Origin: Clostridiales bacterium
GTDB taxonomy: Bacteria; Bacillota; Clostridia; Oscillospirales; CAG-272
Assembly (NCBI GenBank): GCA_016280525.1
Contig: JAEEGW010000194.1
Location: 1-40,666 of the forward strand
Length of the DNA stretch: 40,666 bases
Reading direction: 5' to 3'
The translations under genes and the position numbers were made by a program. Shown piece by piece: positions 23,565-31,634 of this stretch (the stretch's first letter is position 1; each line of letters starts with the position of its first letter). The notes beneath the pieces are model-generated. The model made no database searches, had not been told where the DNA came from, and saw only the letters and a program-made list of their open reading frames with translations.

Positions 23565-25278
23565 TAGCGTAACGAAAATAGGTAACGAGGTGTTCTGGGG
23601 TTGTAGGAACCTTTCTAACATGGCAATAGGAAACGGAGTAACGGAAATAGGTGATTCTAAGTTCTCTTATTATACCGGTCTTAAGAGCGTTATATTGTCG
23701 GACAGTATTACATCTATTGGCAATCGTGCGTTCGAAGGCTGCAGCAGTCTTACAAGTGTGACGATACCGGATAGCGTAATAACAATAGGCAAAGAAGCGT
23801 TCTGGGGTTGCAGCAGCCTCACAAAAGTAACGATAGGAAGCGGTGTAACAGAAATAGGTGATTCTGCGTTCTCTCATTGCAGCAGTCTTAAGAGCGTTAC
23901 GATACCGAACAGCGTAATGAAAATAGGCGGCGCTGCCTTTTTCGGTTGCCGCAGTCTTACAAACGTAACGATAGGAAACGGGGCAGTGATAATAGGTTAC
24001 TCTGCATTCAAAGGATGCAATAAGCTTGAAAGCATAACTTTACCAGAGAGCAAAAATCTGTCAAGGTTGGCTGAAGAGTGTAATGATTACGATCCGCTCT
24101 GTCGTGCTGCAACTGAAGAGCAAATGGCGGAGCTTATAAAAGCGGTGGCAAAATGGGACAGATATAATAAAGAAGCCTTTTATGTATCATATATGATAAG
24201 CGACACACGCGCGGCGATACTGCTTGCGGAAAAGCGAAAGGAACTTGATAAATACGCGGATATGCGCGGGATGACGGCGGATGAGGTGCGTGACAGACTG
24301 CTTTCAGATTTCGGACTTGACGCCGATGGATGTAAAGAATATGACCTCGGAAACACCGTAGTGAAAGTCAAAATGCTGCCCGATTTCACGTTTGCTGTGG
24401 ATCTGCCGGACGGCAAGATCTCAAAATCGCTGCCGAAAAAAGGCGCAGATGAGAAAAAGTTCAAAGAAGCGGATAAAGATTTTTCGGAAATGAAGAAAAA
24501 CGTGAAAAAGGTTTGGAAAAACCGTTCCGATCTGCTGTTATCCGATTTTGTGAGCGGTAAAAAACGCGCCGCGTCTTATTGGAAAAAGACTTACACGGGC
24601 AACCCGGTGCTTCGCGGCGTAGCAAAGCTTATAGTATGGGAGCAGAACGGCAAATACTTCACACTCGCTGACGGCGGTACGATCGGATCGGACGGTTCTC
24701 CGTATGAACTTACAAAAGAATCAGTCCGTTTGGCACACCCGTTGGAAATGAGCAAAGACGATGTCACGTCGTGGCAGAAATACTATACCGATCGCGGACT
24801 CAAACAGCCGTTTGCACAGATATGGGAGCCCGTACATAAGCCTGAGAATATAAAGTCTGACAGATATAAAAATTGTCCGATACTGTTCTTTGCGCTGCAG
24901 GGAGCGACAAAACACGGCTTTAATGAGAAACTTAACATCCCCGGATGCACGATCAAAACGGAATGGAAATCAGAAAAAGCGGCAAACGGTAATTCGGTGA
25001 GTTATTGCAATATTCTTGATTTCAATATTGAAAAATACAGCCGCGCCGTAAATCACGCCGTCGCATATCTCGACCGCACGACAGTTCTCGGACGTATCGC
25101 AAAGGACGATTTAAGCGTGATGGATTACGTTGAAGGCAGCAATATCGCGCAGATCACCGACTATATCGAAGCCGCGTCAAACGCAAAAGCAGTAAACGTT
25201 CTCGCCGCTCTTATGGAATACAAAAACAAAACTTACCCCGATTTCGATCCCATGGCGGAATTCACACTTGAATGGTAA
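23422..25278 (+). CDS. Cytoplasmic LRR protein fused to a DUF4132-like C-terminal domain (close paralogue of the 3518 product)
   Basis: 618 aa with ~8 LRR units. The C-terminal ~410 aa are highly similar to the 3518 product over its length (my rough estimate is three quarters or more identical): LPKKGADEKKF..LIVWEQNG..AHPLEM..WQKYY..KQPFAQIWE..EYKNKTYPDFDPMAEFTLEW. Confidence 0.85.
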   Translation: MSDFVIENGVLIKYTGKDSDVVIPDGVTSISWRAFEGCSSLTSVTIPDSVTKIGNEVFWGCRNLSNMAIGNGVTEIGDSKFSYYTGLKSVILSDSITSIGNRAFEGCSSLTSVTIPDSVITIGKEAFWGCSSLTKVTIGSGVTEIGDSAFSHCSSLKSVTIPNSVMKIGGAAFFGCRSLTNVTIGNGAVIIGYSAFKGCNKLESITLPESKNLSRLAEECNDYDPLCRAATEEQMAELIKAVAKWDRYNKEAFYVSYMISDTRAAILLAEKRKELDKYADMRGMTADEVRDRLLSDFGLDADGCKEYDLGNTVVKVKMLPDFTFAVDLPDGKISKSLPKKGADEKKFKEADKDFSEMKKNVKKVWKNRSDLLLSDFVSGKKRAASYWKKTYTGNPVLRGVAKLIVWEQNGKYFTLADGGTIGSDGSPYELTKESVRLAHPLEMSKDDVTSWQKYYTDRGLKQPFAQIWEPVHKPENIKSDRYKNCPILFFALQGATKHGFNEKLNIPGCTIKTEWKSEKAANGNSVSYCNILDFNIEKYSRAVNHAVAYLDRTTVLGRIAKDDLSVMDYVEGSNIAQITDYIEAASNAKAVNVLAALMEYKNKTYPDFDPMAEFTLEW

Positions 25279-25304
25279 AAATAAAATAAAGGAGAAAATA
25301 AAAA

Positions 25305-26639
25305 ATGGATCAGTTACAGCTAATTTCAAAACAAAACCCCGGCGTTGTTTCGATAGAAAATTTTGAACAGCTGAAAGCGGGATTGTCCCGGTATCTCAGC
25401 AGATATAAAGGAGCGGTCTATACCGAGCGGATGCTGTCCGACGCTAAGGATGACAAAAAAGAGCTCACAAGGCTGAGAAAAGAAATAGACGAAAAAAGGA
25501 AAGATATAAAACGCGCTTATCTTGAACCGTATAACGAATTTGAATCAAAAGTCAAAGAGCTTCTTGCGTTGATCGACGAACCGCTGAACGACATAAAAGA
25601 GTTTATCGGCGGAATGGAAGAACGTGAGAAAGCACAGAAAAAAGAACGGATCAAAGCGTTTTACAATACCGTATCCGCCCCTCTCGGAAAGCTTGCGGAC
25701 AGTTTGTTTGAAAGCGACGCGTTTTTCAACGATAAATGGCTCAACAAGACCGCGTCTGAAAAAGCGTGGCGCGACGAGATAGTATCAAAAGTATCGCAGG
25801 CGTCAAAAGATCTGACAGTAATACAAAACACAGGCGGATCGAACACGCCCGCGCTTGTGGCTCAGTATATTGACAGTATGGATATTGATTCCGTGCTTGA
25901 ATACAAAAAATATCTTGAGACGAAAACAGAGCTTATAACCGGTATCAGTGAATTTTCATCCGAGATCGACAACGTTACAGGTTATAAAATCGTTAAACTG
26001 AGCGGCACGGAACAGCAGATCACTCAGCTTATGGAATACGCGGAGTTTCTTGGTGTTGAAACGGAAATAACCGAAGACGGGTTCCCGTCCGATATGGTCG
26101 AACTGACCGTTCCAGATTTTGACAGCTTCGTCTGCTTTGATATAGAAACGTCCGGCTCGTTCGGCGCCGCTTCCGGCGACTCGGAATCTGAAATAACGGA
26201 AATAGGCGCTGTCAAGGTCATAGACGGACAGATAGTTGAAAGGCAGGACTGGATGTGCAACCCGGGAAGAAAAATAACGCCTTTCAACGCAAGAAAAACA
26301 CACATAACCGACGATATGGTTAAAAACGAGCCGCCTGTCGACGAGCAGGTGAAGAAGTTCATCGATTTTGTCGGAGATCTGCCCGTTGTCGGACACAATA
26401 TCAAAGCTTCAGACCTGCGTTATATAGGTAAAGCGACAAAACGCGCCGGCGTCATGTTTTCTCCCTCATATTTTGATACGTATCTGTACGCGAAAAATTT
26501 CAAAGAGGAAAATGGCTGGACAAATCTCAAACTTGAATATCTGTCAGATTTCTTCTGCATAAGTCAACCCGACGCTCACCGCGCCTGGTGCGATGCAGAA
26601 GCAAATACAAAACTATATTATAAACTAAAAAATTTATAA
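25305..26639 (+). CDS. DUF1351-like (phage-associated) N-terminal domain fused to a DnaQ-type 3'-5' exonuclease
   Basis: 444 aa. The N-terminal ~200 aa (ENFEQLKAGLSRYLSRYKG.VYTE..DAKDDKKELTRLRKEIDEKRKDIKRAYLEPYNEFE) resemble siphovirus DUF1351 proteins. The C-terminus has ExoI FVCFDIETSG, ExoII VVGHNIKASDLRYI and ExoIII AHRAWCDAEANTKLY. Confidence 0.7.
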   Translation: MDQLQLISKQNPGVVSIENFEQLKAGLSRYLSRYKGAVYTERMLSDAKDDKKELTRLRKEIDEKRKDIKRAYLEPYNEFESKVKELLALIDEPLNDIKEFIGGMEEREKAQKKERIKAFYNTVSAPLGKLADSLFESDAFFNDKWLNKTASEKAWRDEIVSKVSQASKDLTVIQNTGGSNTPALVAQYIDSMDIDSVLEYKKYLETKTELITGISEFSSEIDNVTGYKIVKLSGTEQQITQLMEYAEFLGVETEITEDGFPSDMVELTVPDFDSFVCFDIETSGSFGAASGDSESEITEIGAVKVIDGQIVERQDWMCNPGRKITPFNARKTHITDDMVKNEPPVDEQVKKFIDFVGDLPVVGHNIKASDLRYIGKATKRAGVMFSPSYFDTYLYAKNFKEENGWTNLKLEYLSDFFCISQPDAHRAWCDAEANTKLYYKLKNL

Positions 26640-26663
26640 AACGTGATTTTCAGGAGACAAAAA

Positions 26664-27488
26664 ATGGAAAAGTATAATGAATCCCATGAAGAGATGATAA
26701 CAACGATCGCATCTTTATTTAAAACGCTGCCTTACGATATTAAAAATCAACCGCTTACGAGACTGGATATAGATCCGGCGGCTGCCGACGCTTTATCGGC
26801 TATAGGCATATATACGATAGGTCAGCTTTTCGGAGATAAAAATGCAAAATACGATTATTTCAGTGAAACAGATGAAATATCTGAATACAAAACAAGCAGC
26901 GACAGCGCAGCCGAAACCGCTTATACTTCAGCGTATACATCTTTTGAACACACGGAAAGCATTTACGGCACAAAAAAAGAAGATGTATCCTCTTATCCGG
27001 AAAAATCAGATCCTGTCGTAAAGCCCTGTTCTCCGGAAGTATCTGACGTGATTAAAAATACCGAGTTTACAAGCACACTTGTCGGAGCATCGGAAACGAT
27101 CCGCTCCACGCCGGAAGAGCGTGAACCGACAGTTAAATCACCGATACGCGAATTACCGAACGGCATAAGAACAAAACGGTATTCCGGAGCGGCACAGGAT
27201 ACGGCGCCGGAAGATCAGCCGCGTTATGATACATATGTATCAAGCGACAGAATAATAACGGACGATCTGCCTGAAAGTATAAAAAGGATGTCCGTAATAA
27301 ATCTGAAAATCAACAGCCGCGCCGTGAACGCGCTCATGCGAAGCAAAGTGGCAAGGATCGGTCAGCTTGCAGATATGAGTCGTGAAAAGCTGCTTTCGAT
27401 AAGAAACCTCGGTGAGGAGACCGCAGAGGAAATACTTCGTGAAATGGCACTTTTGGCAGAACAGAAAGAAAACTATTTCAACGAGTGA
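26664..27488 (+). CDS. Protein with RNA polymerase alpha-CTD-like helix-hairpin-helix modules at both ends and a low-complexity linker
   Basis: I prefer the ATG at 26664 (AGGAG at 26652-26656) over the GTG at 26643. The C-terminus MSVINLKINSRAVNALMRSKVARIGQLADMSREKLLSIRNLGEETAEEILREM fits the alpha-CTD pattern. A weaker copy is near the N-terminus (LTRLDIDPAAADALSAIGIYTIGQLFG). The middle is S/T/E/P-rich. Confidence 0.6.
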   Translation: MEKYNESHEEMITTIASLFKTLPYDIKNQPLTRLDIDPAAADALSAIGIYTIGQLFGDKNAKYDYFSETDEISEYKTSSDSAAETAYTSAYTSFEHTESIYGTKKEDVSSYPEKSDPVVKPCSPEVSDVIKNTEFTSTLVGASETIRSTPEEREPTVKSPIRELPNGIRTKRYSGAAQDTAPEDQPRYDTYVSSDRIITDDLPESIKRMSVINLKINSRAVNALMRSKVARIGQLADMSREKLLSIRNLGEETAEEILREMALLAEQKENYFNE

Positions 27489-27504
27489 AAACGGGGTACA
27501 GAGA

Positions 27505-28644
27505 ATGAAAATCATACATCTATCCGATCTTCATCTCGGAAAAAGACTGAACGAATATTCATTGATAGACGACCAGAAATATATACTGATAAAAATCAAA
27601 AACGTTATTGATGAAGAAAAGCCCGATCTTGTCGTTATTGCGGGCGACATTTACGACAAATCCGTACCGTCTGCCGAGGCGGTCGAACTGTTTGACGATT
27701 TTTTGGTATCGCTGGCACAGAGAAAACTGCAGGTGTGCGTTATAAGCGGCAACCACGATTCACCTGAACGTCTTGCGTTCGGCAACAGACTTATGGATAA
27801 AAGCGGTATTCATATAAGTCCGGTCTATAACGGCAAAACAGAACCTCTTCTCTTCCGCGACAGCTATGGCGAAATATTCGTTTATATGCTTCCTTTTATA
27901 AAGCCTGCAAACGTCAGAAGGTTTTTTGAAGATGAAGAAATAAACACGTATACCGACGCGATGAGGGTCGCGATTTCGGCAATGAATATAGACGAAAGCA
28001 AGAGAAATATTCTTGTAACGCATCAGTTCGTTACCGGGGCGGAAAGGTCGGAATCTGAGGAGATCAACGTTGGCGGTTCGGACAATATCGACGCGTCTGT
28101 TTTTGAGGTTTTTGATTACATCGCCTTAGGCCACATACATGGGCCTCAGAATATCGGATCTGAACGTATTCGCTATTGCGGTACGCCGCTGAAATACTCT
28201 TTCTCCGAAGTCAAACATCAAAAATCCGTAACGGTGGTTGAGTTGAAAGAAAAGGGGATTCTTGATGTCAAAACGGTACCGCTAACGCCAAGGTGCGATC
28301 TGGTTGAGATAAAAGGTAAATACAATGATCTTATGTCAGCAAGCTTCTACGAGGGAACTACTTACCGCGAAGACTACATGCGCGTTATACTCACCGATGA
28401 AGACGATATTATTGACGCGATCTCAAAACTGCGTGTTGTATATAAAAATATTATGAGCCTTGATTACGACAACAAAAGGACAAGATCAAAATCAGCTGTG
28501 ACCGGATCAGCGGATATCGAAAATAAAACTCCGCTGCAGCTGTTTTCAGATTTTTTTGAAATACAGAACGGATCGCAAATGACAGATGAGCAGACTGAAT
28601 ACGTATCGGATCTAATCAATAAGATCTGGGAGGAAGAACAATGA
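27505..28644 (+). CDS. sbcD: SbcD/Mre11-family nuclease
   Basis: I prefer the ATG at 27505 over the upstream 27412 start, which overlaps the previous gene. The calcineurin-like phosphoesterase motifs IIHLSDLHLG, IAGDIYD, SGNHD and LGHIHG are present. The stop overlaps the sbcC start (ATGA). Confidence 0.85.
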   Translation: MKIIHLSDLHLGKRLNEYSLIDDQKYILIKIKNVIDEEKPDLVVIAGDIYDKSVPSAEAVELFDDFLVSLAQRKLQVCVISGNHDSPERLAFGNRLMDKSGIHISPVYNGKTEPLLFRDSYGEIFVYMLPFIKPANVRRFFEDEEINTYTDAMRVAISAMNIDESKRNILVTHQFVTGAERSESEEINVGGSDNIDASVFEVFDYIALGHIHGPQNIGSERIRYCGTPLKYSFSEVKHQKSVTVVELKEKGILDVKTVPLTPRCDLVEIKGKYNDLMSASFYEGTTYREDYMRVILTDEDDIIDAISKLRVVYKNIMSLDYDNKRTRSKSAVTGSADIENKTPLQLFSDFFEIQNGSQMTDEQTEYVSDLINKIWEEEQ

Positions 28645-31406
28645 GACCGTTAAAACTTACTATGTCCGCTTTCGGACCATATGCTAAAGAAGTGACGGTA
28701 AACCTTGAAAAGCTTGGTTCAAACGGGTTATACCTTATCACTGGCGACACCGGAGCTGGTAAAACAACGATATTTGATGCCATAACGTATGCGCTTTACG
28801 ATGAAGCCAGCGGAGATACGCGCGACAAGAATATGCTGAGATCAAAATATGCCGAGGAGAATACTCCTACGTTTGTAATTCTTGAATTTGAATACGGCGG
28901 AAGAATATACACTGTCAGAAGAAATCCGGATTATGAACGTAAATCCTCACGCGGCGACGGTATGACGGTCGAAAAAGCCAATGCGGAATTGACCATGCCG
29001 GACGGCAAAGTGGTAACAAAACTGAGAGACGTCAACAGATCGATTATTGAAATAATGGGTATTGACAAACACCAGTTTTCACAAATTGCCATGATAGCTC
29101 AGGGAGATTTCCGCAAGCTTCTTAATGCTTCCACCGATGAGCGCAAAGCAATATTTCAAAGACTTTTCCGTACACAGTGTTATTATCAGCTTCAGCAGAC
29201 TTTAAAAAACGATGTGTCCGTTTTAAGAAAAACATACGATGAACTAAAAATACGCATAGGACAATATATCCGCGGCATTTCATGCAGCGATAACAGCGTT
29301 TTGAAGGTCGACGCGGACAAAGCAAAAAACGACAGTCTGACGTTGACGGAAACAATATTGCTTATAGACAGGATTATTAAAGAAGATACGCAAATAGACA
29401 GACGTTTAAGCGACGAACTTAAAAAAGCCGACGACGAGCTTATGGAAATAAGTAAGACCGCGGCACTTATAGAAGAACGCCGCAAAAAAGAAAATGCCGT
29501 TACCGCGCTGAAGATAGATCTTATAAAAGAATTGCCTAAGCTTGATACGGCAAAACTCACTCTTGATACAGAGTCGTCAAAAAGGTTTGAGGCGGATCAG
29601 CTTGCTAAAGACGCTGCGGCGCTTGAAACGACAAGACCGGACTATGATGAACTGGATAAAAAACGCATAGATGCAGCAGCTCTTGAAAGCGAAATAAAAC
29701 GTCTTACAACTGAAATCTCCGAAAGGTCGATAGTGCATGCAAATGCAAAAGCCGAGCTTGAACGTATAAGATCTGAATTATCGGATCTATCCGGTATAGA
29801 AGCCGAAAAAGCCGATCTGGATATCGTTTCAAACGATATATCGCTGCAGTCCGAAGCTGTTGCAAAGCTCGAGAAAATGATAAGCGAATACGAGACGTCA
29901 AAAGCAGCGCTTGTACGCTTACAAGATGAATATATCCGTCTGCGTGACGATTCAGAAGCAAAAAAAATCGAATACAACGAAAAATATCTAGCATATATAG
30001 ATGGGCAGGCAGGAGTTATTGCCGAAGGACTTGAAGACGGTAAACCTTGCCCGGTATGCGGTTCTTTGACCCATCCCAATCCGGCACACAGATCTGAAAA
30101 CGCTCCGACAAAAGAAGAACTTGATATTTTGAAGACCAGATCTGAGTCAGCGGAAAGACGGGCTACGGAAGCAAGTGAAAAATCCGGAGCGCAGCAGTCA
30201 GTTGTTACAGAGAAAAAGACCGTGCTTGAGAATACGGCAAAAGAAACTCTCGACACAAATATATTTGATGAAATCGTACCGGCGCTGACAGATAAGAAAA
30301 CAGAGCTTTTGTATAAGAGAGTTGAGCTTTCAAAAAAACTGGATGAGGTCCGCGGCAGAATAGTCAAGAAATCCACGCTTGAAAGATCGGTACCGGAAAA
30401 AGAAAAAAACATACAGTCGCTTTATGAACTGCTCAACGGTATGACAAAAATGCTTACCGAAAAAACGGCGATTTGCGATAGTATGACAACACGCGTAAGA
30501 GAACTGTCATCAAAGCTTTTATTCGGATCGGCGCGTGAGCTTGAAGCTCATATAGGCGATCTTATGCAAAAAAAGAGTACTCTTGAAAGGGCATTTGAAA
30601 AAGCTACTGCCGATTATAACGAACAAGACAAGCTCGTAAGCTCGCTCAGAGCAAGGATTGCCGAGATAGAAACTTCGCTGTCGGATAAGATCGATGTTGA
30701 TATACACGCTGTTGCCGGAAGAAAAAACGAACTTGCTCAGAAAAAAGAAAAGATCAGTTCCGAACTTCGTAATATTGCTGCGAGACTGAGTAATAACGGT
30801 AATATAAAAACTGCGCTTGATGATAGCACAAACAGCATTGAAGAGATCGAAAAGAAATTCAGTATGGTAAAATCTTTGTCAGATACCGCGAACGGAAATT
30901 TGACAGGCAAAGAAAAGTTGATGCTCGAGACGTATATCCAGACCACGTATTTTGACAGAATAATAGACCGCGCAAACCTGAGATTGTTGATTATGTCGGA
31001 CGGACAGTATGAACTTAAAAGATGTGAGGAAGCTGAAAATAACAGAAGCCAGAGCGGTCTTGATCTTAACGTTATAGATCATTATAACGGAACGGAAAGA
31101 AGCGTTAAAACATTATCCGGCGGCGAATCGTTCAAGGCGTCTCTTTCGCTTGCGCTAGGATTATCTGACGAGATCCAGTCTTCCGCAGGCGGCGTAAAGC
31201 TTGATACGATGTTCGTGGACGAAGGTTTCGGTTCACTTGACGATGAGTCTCTCGATCAAGCGATGAAAGCACTTTCAAACCTTGCAAACGGCAATCGTCT
31301 GGTTGGCATCATATCACACGTTGCCGAGCTTAAAAACAGAATAGATAAACAGATTCTCGTTACAAAAGACCGCGCAGCAGGCAGCGCTGTAAAAATAGTT
31401 GGGTGA
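28641..31406 (+). CDS. sbcC: SbcC/Rad50-family ATPase
   Basis: 921 aa. Walker A ITGDTGAGKTTIFDAI, a long coiled coil with zinc hook KPCPVCGS, signature LSGGESFKASLSLAL and Walker B TMFVDEGFGSLD. Confidence 0.9.
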   Translation: MRPLKLTMSAFGPYAKEVTVNLEKLGSNGLYLITGDTGAGKTTIFDAITYALYDEASGDTRDKNMLRSKYAEENTPTFVILEFEYGGRIYTVRRNPDYERKSSRGDGMTVEKANAELTMPDGKVVTKLRDVNRSIIEIMGIDKHQFSQIAMIAQGDFRKLLNASTDERKAIFQRLFRTQCYYQLQQTLKNDVSVLRKTYDELKIRIGQYIRGISCSDNSVLKVDADKAKNDSLTLTETILLIDRIIKEDTQIDRRLSDELKKADDELMEISKTAALIEERRKKENAVTALKIDLIKELPKLDTAKLTLDTESSKRFEADQLAKDAAALETTRPDYDELDKKRIDAAALESEIKRLTTEISERSIVHANAKAELERIRSELSDLSGIEAEKADLDIVSNDISLQSEAVAKLEKMISEYETSKAALVRLQDEYIRLRDDSEAKKIEYNEKYLAYIDGQAGVIAEGLEDGKPCPVCGSLTHPNPAHRSENAPTKEELDILKTRSESAERRATEASEKSGAQQSVVTEKKTVLENTAKETLDTNIFDEIVPALTDKKTELLYKRVELSKKLDEVRGRIVKKSTLERSVPEKEKNIQSLYELLNGMTKMLTEKTAICDSMTTRVRELSSKLLFGSARELEAHIGDLMQKKSTLERAFEKATADYNEQDKLVSSLRARIAEIETSLSDKIDVDIHAVAGRKNELAQKKEKISSELRNIAARLSNNGNIKTALDDSTNSIEEIEKKFSMVKSLSDTANGNLTGKEKLMLETYIQTTYFDRIIDRANLRLLIMSDGQYELKRCEEAENNRSQSGLDLNVIDHYNGTERSVKTLSGGESFKASLSLALGLSDEIQSSAGGVKLDTMFVDEGFGSLDDESLDQAMKALSNLANGNRLVGIISHVAELKNRIDKQILVTKDRAAGSAVKIVG

Positions 31407-31482
31407 AGTGACAGAATCGTTGAAAGCGTAATTAACGTCATTTATCTCAGTTATCTATTAGATAGAATGGTCTTGAAAAAAT

Positions 31483-31526
31483 CTCCGGCTCTGAATTGCA
31501 AATATTCAGAGCCGGAGTCTTTTTTC
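31483..31526 (+). terminator. Strong rho-independent (bidirectional-looking) terminator closing the cargo block
   Basis: A 14-bp perfect stem, CTCCGGCTCTGAAT (31483-31496) pairing with ATTCAGAGCCGGAG (31504-31517), followed by TCTTTTTTC. An A-run precedes it. Confidence 0.8.
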
Positions 31527-31556
31527 TGTAAATCTGAAGAAAATTAATATATCCTC

Positions 31557-31585
31557 TTGACAAACATATGTTCGTGTGATATAAT
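31557..31585 (+). promoter_or_regulatory. Consensus sigma-70-type promoter of the mobility module
   Basis: TTGACA (31557-31562), a 17-bp spacer, then TATAAT (31580-31585) with TG at -15/-14. Confidence 0.75.
31561..31574. promoter_or_regulatory. LexA-type box 1 (within the promoter spacer)
   Basis: CAAACATATGTTCG has one mismatch to the Gram-positive consensus CGAAC-N4-GTTCG. Confidence 0.55.
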
Positions 31586-31591
31586 AGAACA

Positions 31592-31605
31592 CGAACATAT
31601 GTTCT
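31592..31605. promoter_or_regulatory. LexA-type box 2 (just downstream of the -10, around the expected transcription start)
   Basis: CGAACATATGTTCT has perfect GAAC-N4-GTTC half sites. Confidence 0.65.
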
Positions 31606-31634
31606 GATATCAAAATAAAAAAAGGAGAAAAAAG

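Noticed and set aside
3518-25278. A diversity-generating retroelement as the source of LRR variation.
   Set aside because: There is no reverse transcriptase ORF and no template/variable repeat pair with adenine-specific differences. The repeats I found are explained by duplication and unequal crossover.
3694-30412. Many antisense ORFs inside the large genes, for example 3694..3957, 4303..4635, 4664..5137, 6428..6880, 8765..9295, 13860..14285, 15842..16273, 16466..17311, 17289..17762 and 29642..30412. The same applies to 31791..32579 and 38113..39249.
   Set aside because: Each lies opposite a well-supported + strand gene with recognisable domains. Their translations are low-complexity (S/F/I/L-rich or R-rich) mirror images of LRR or coiled-coil coding sequence, with no RBS.
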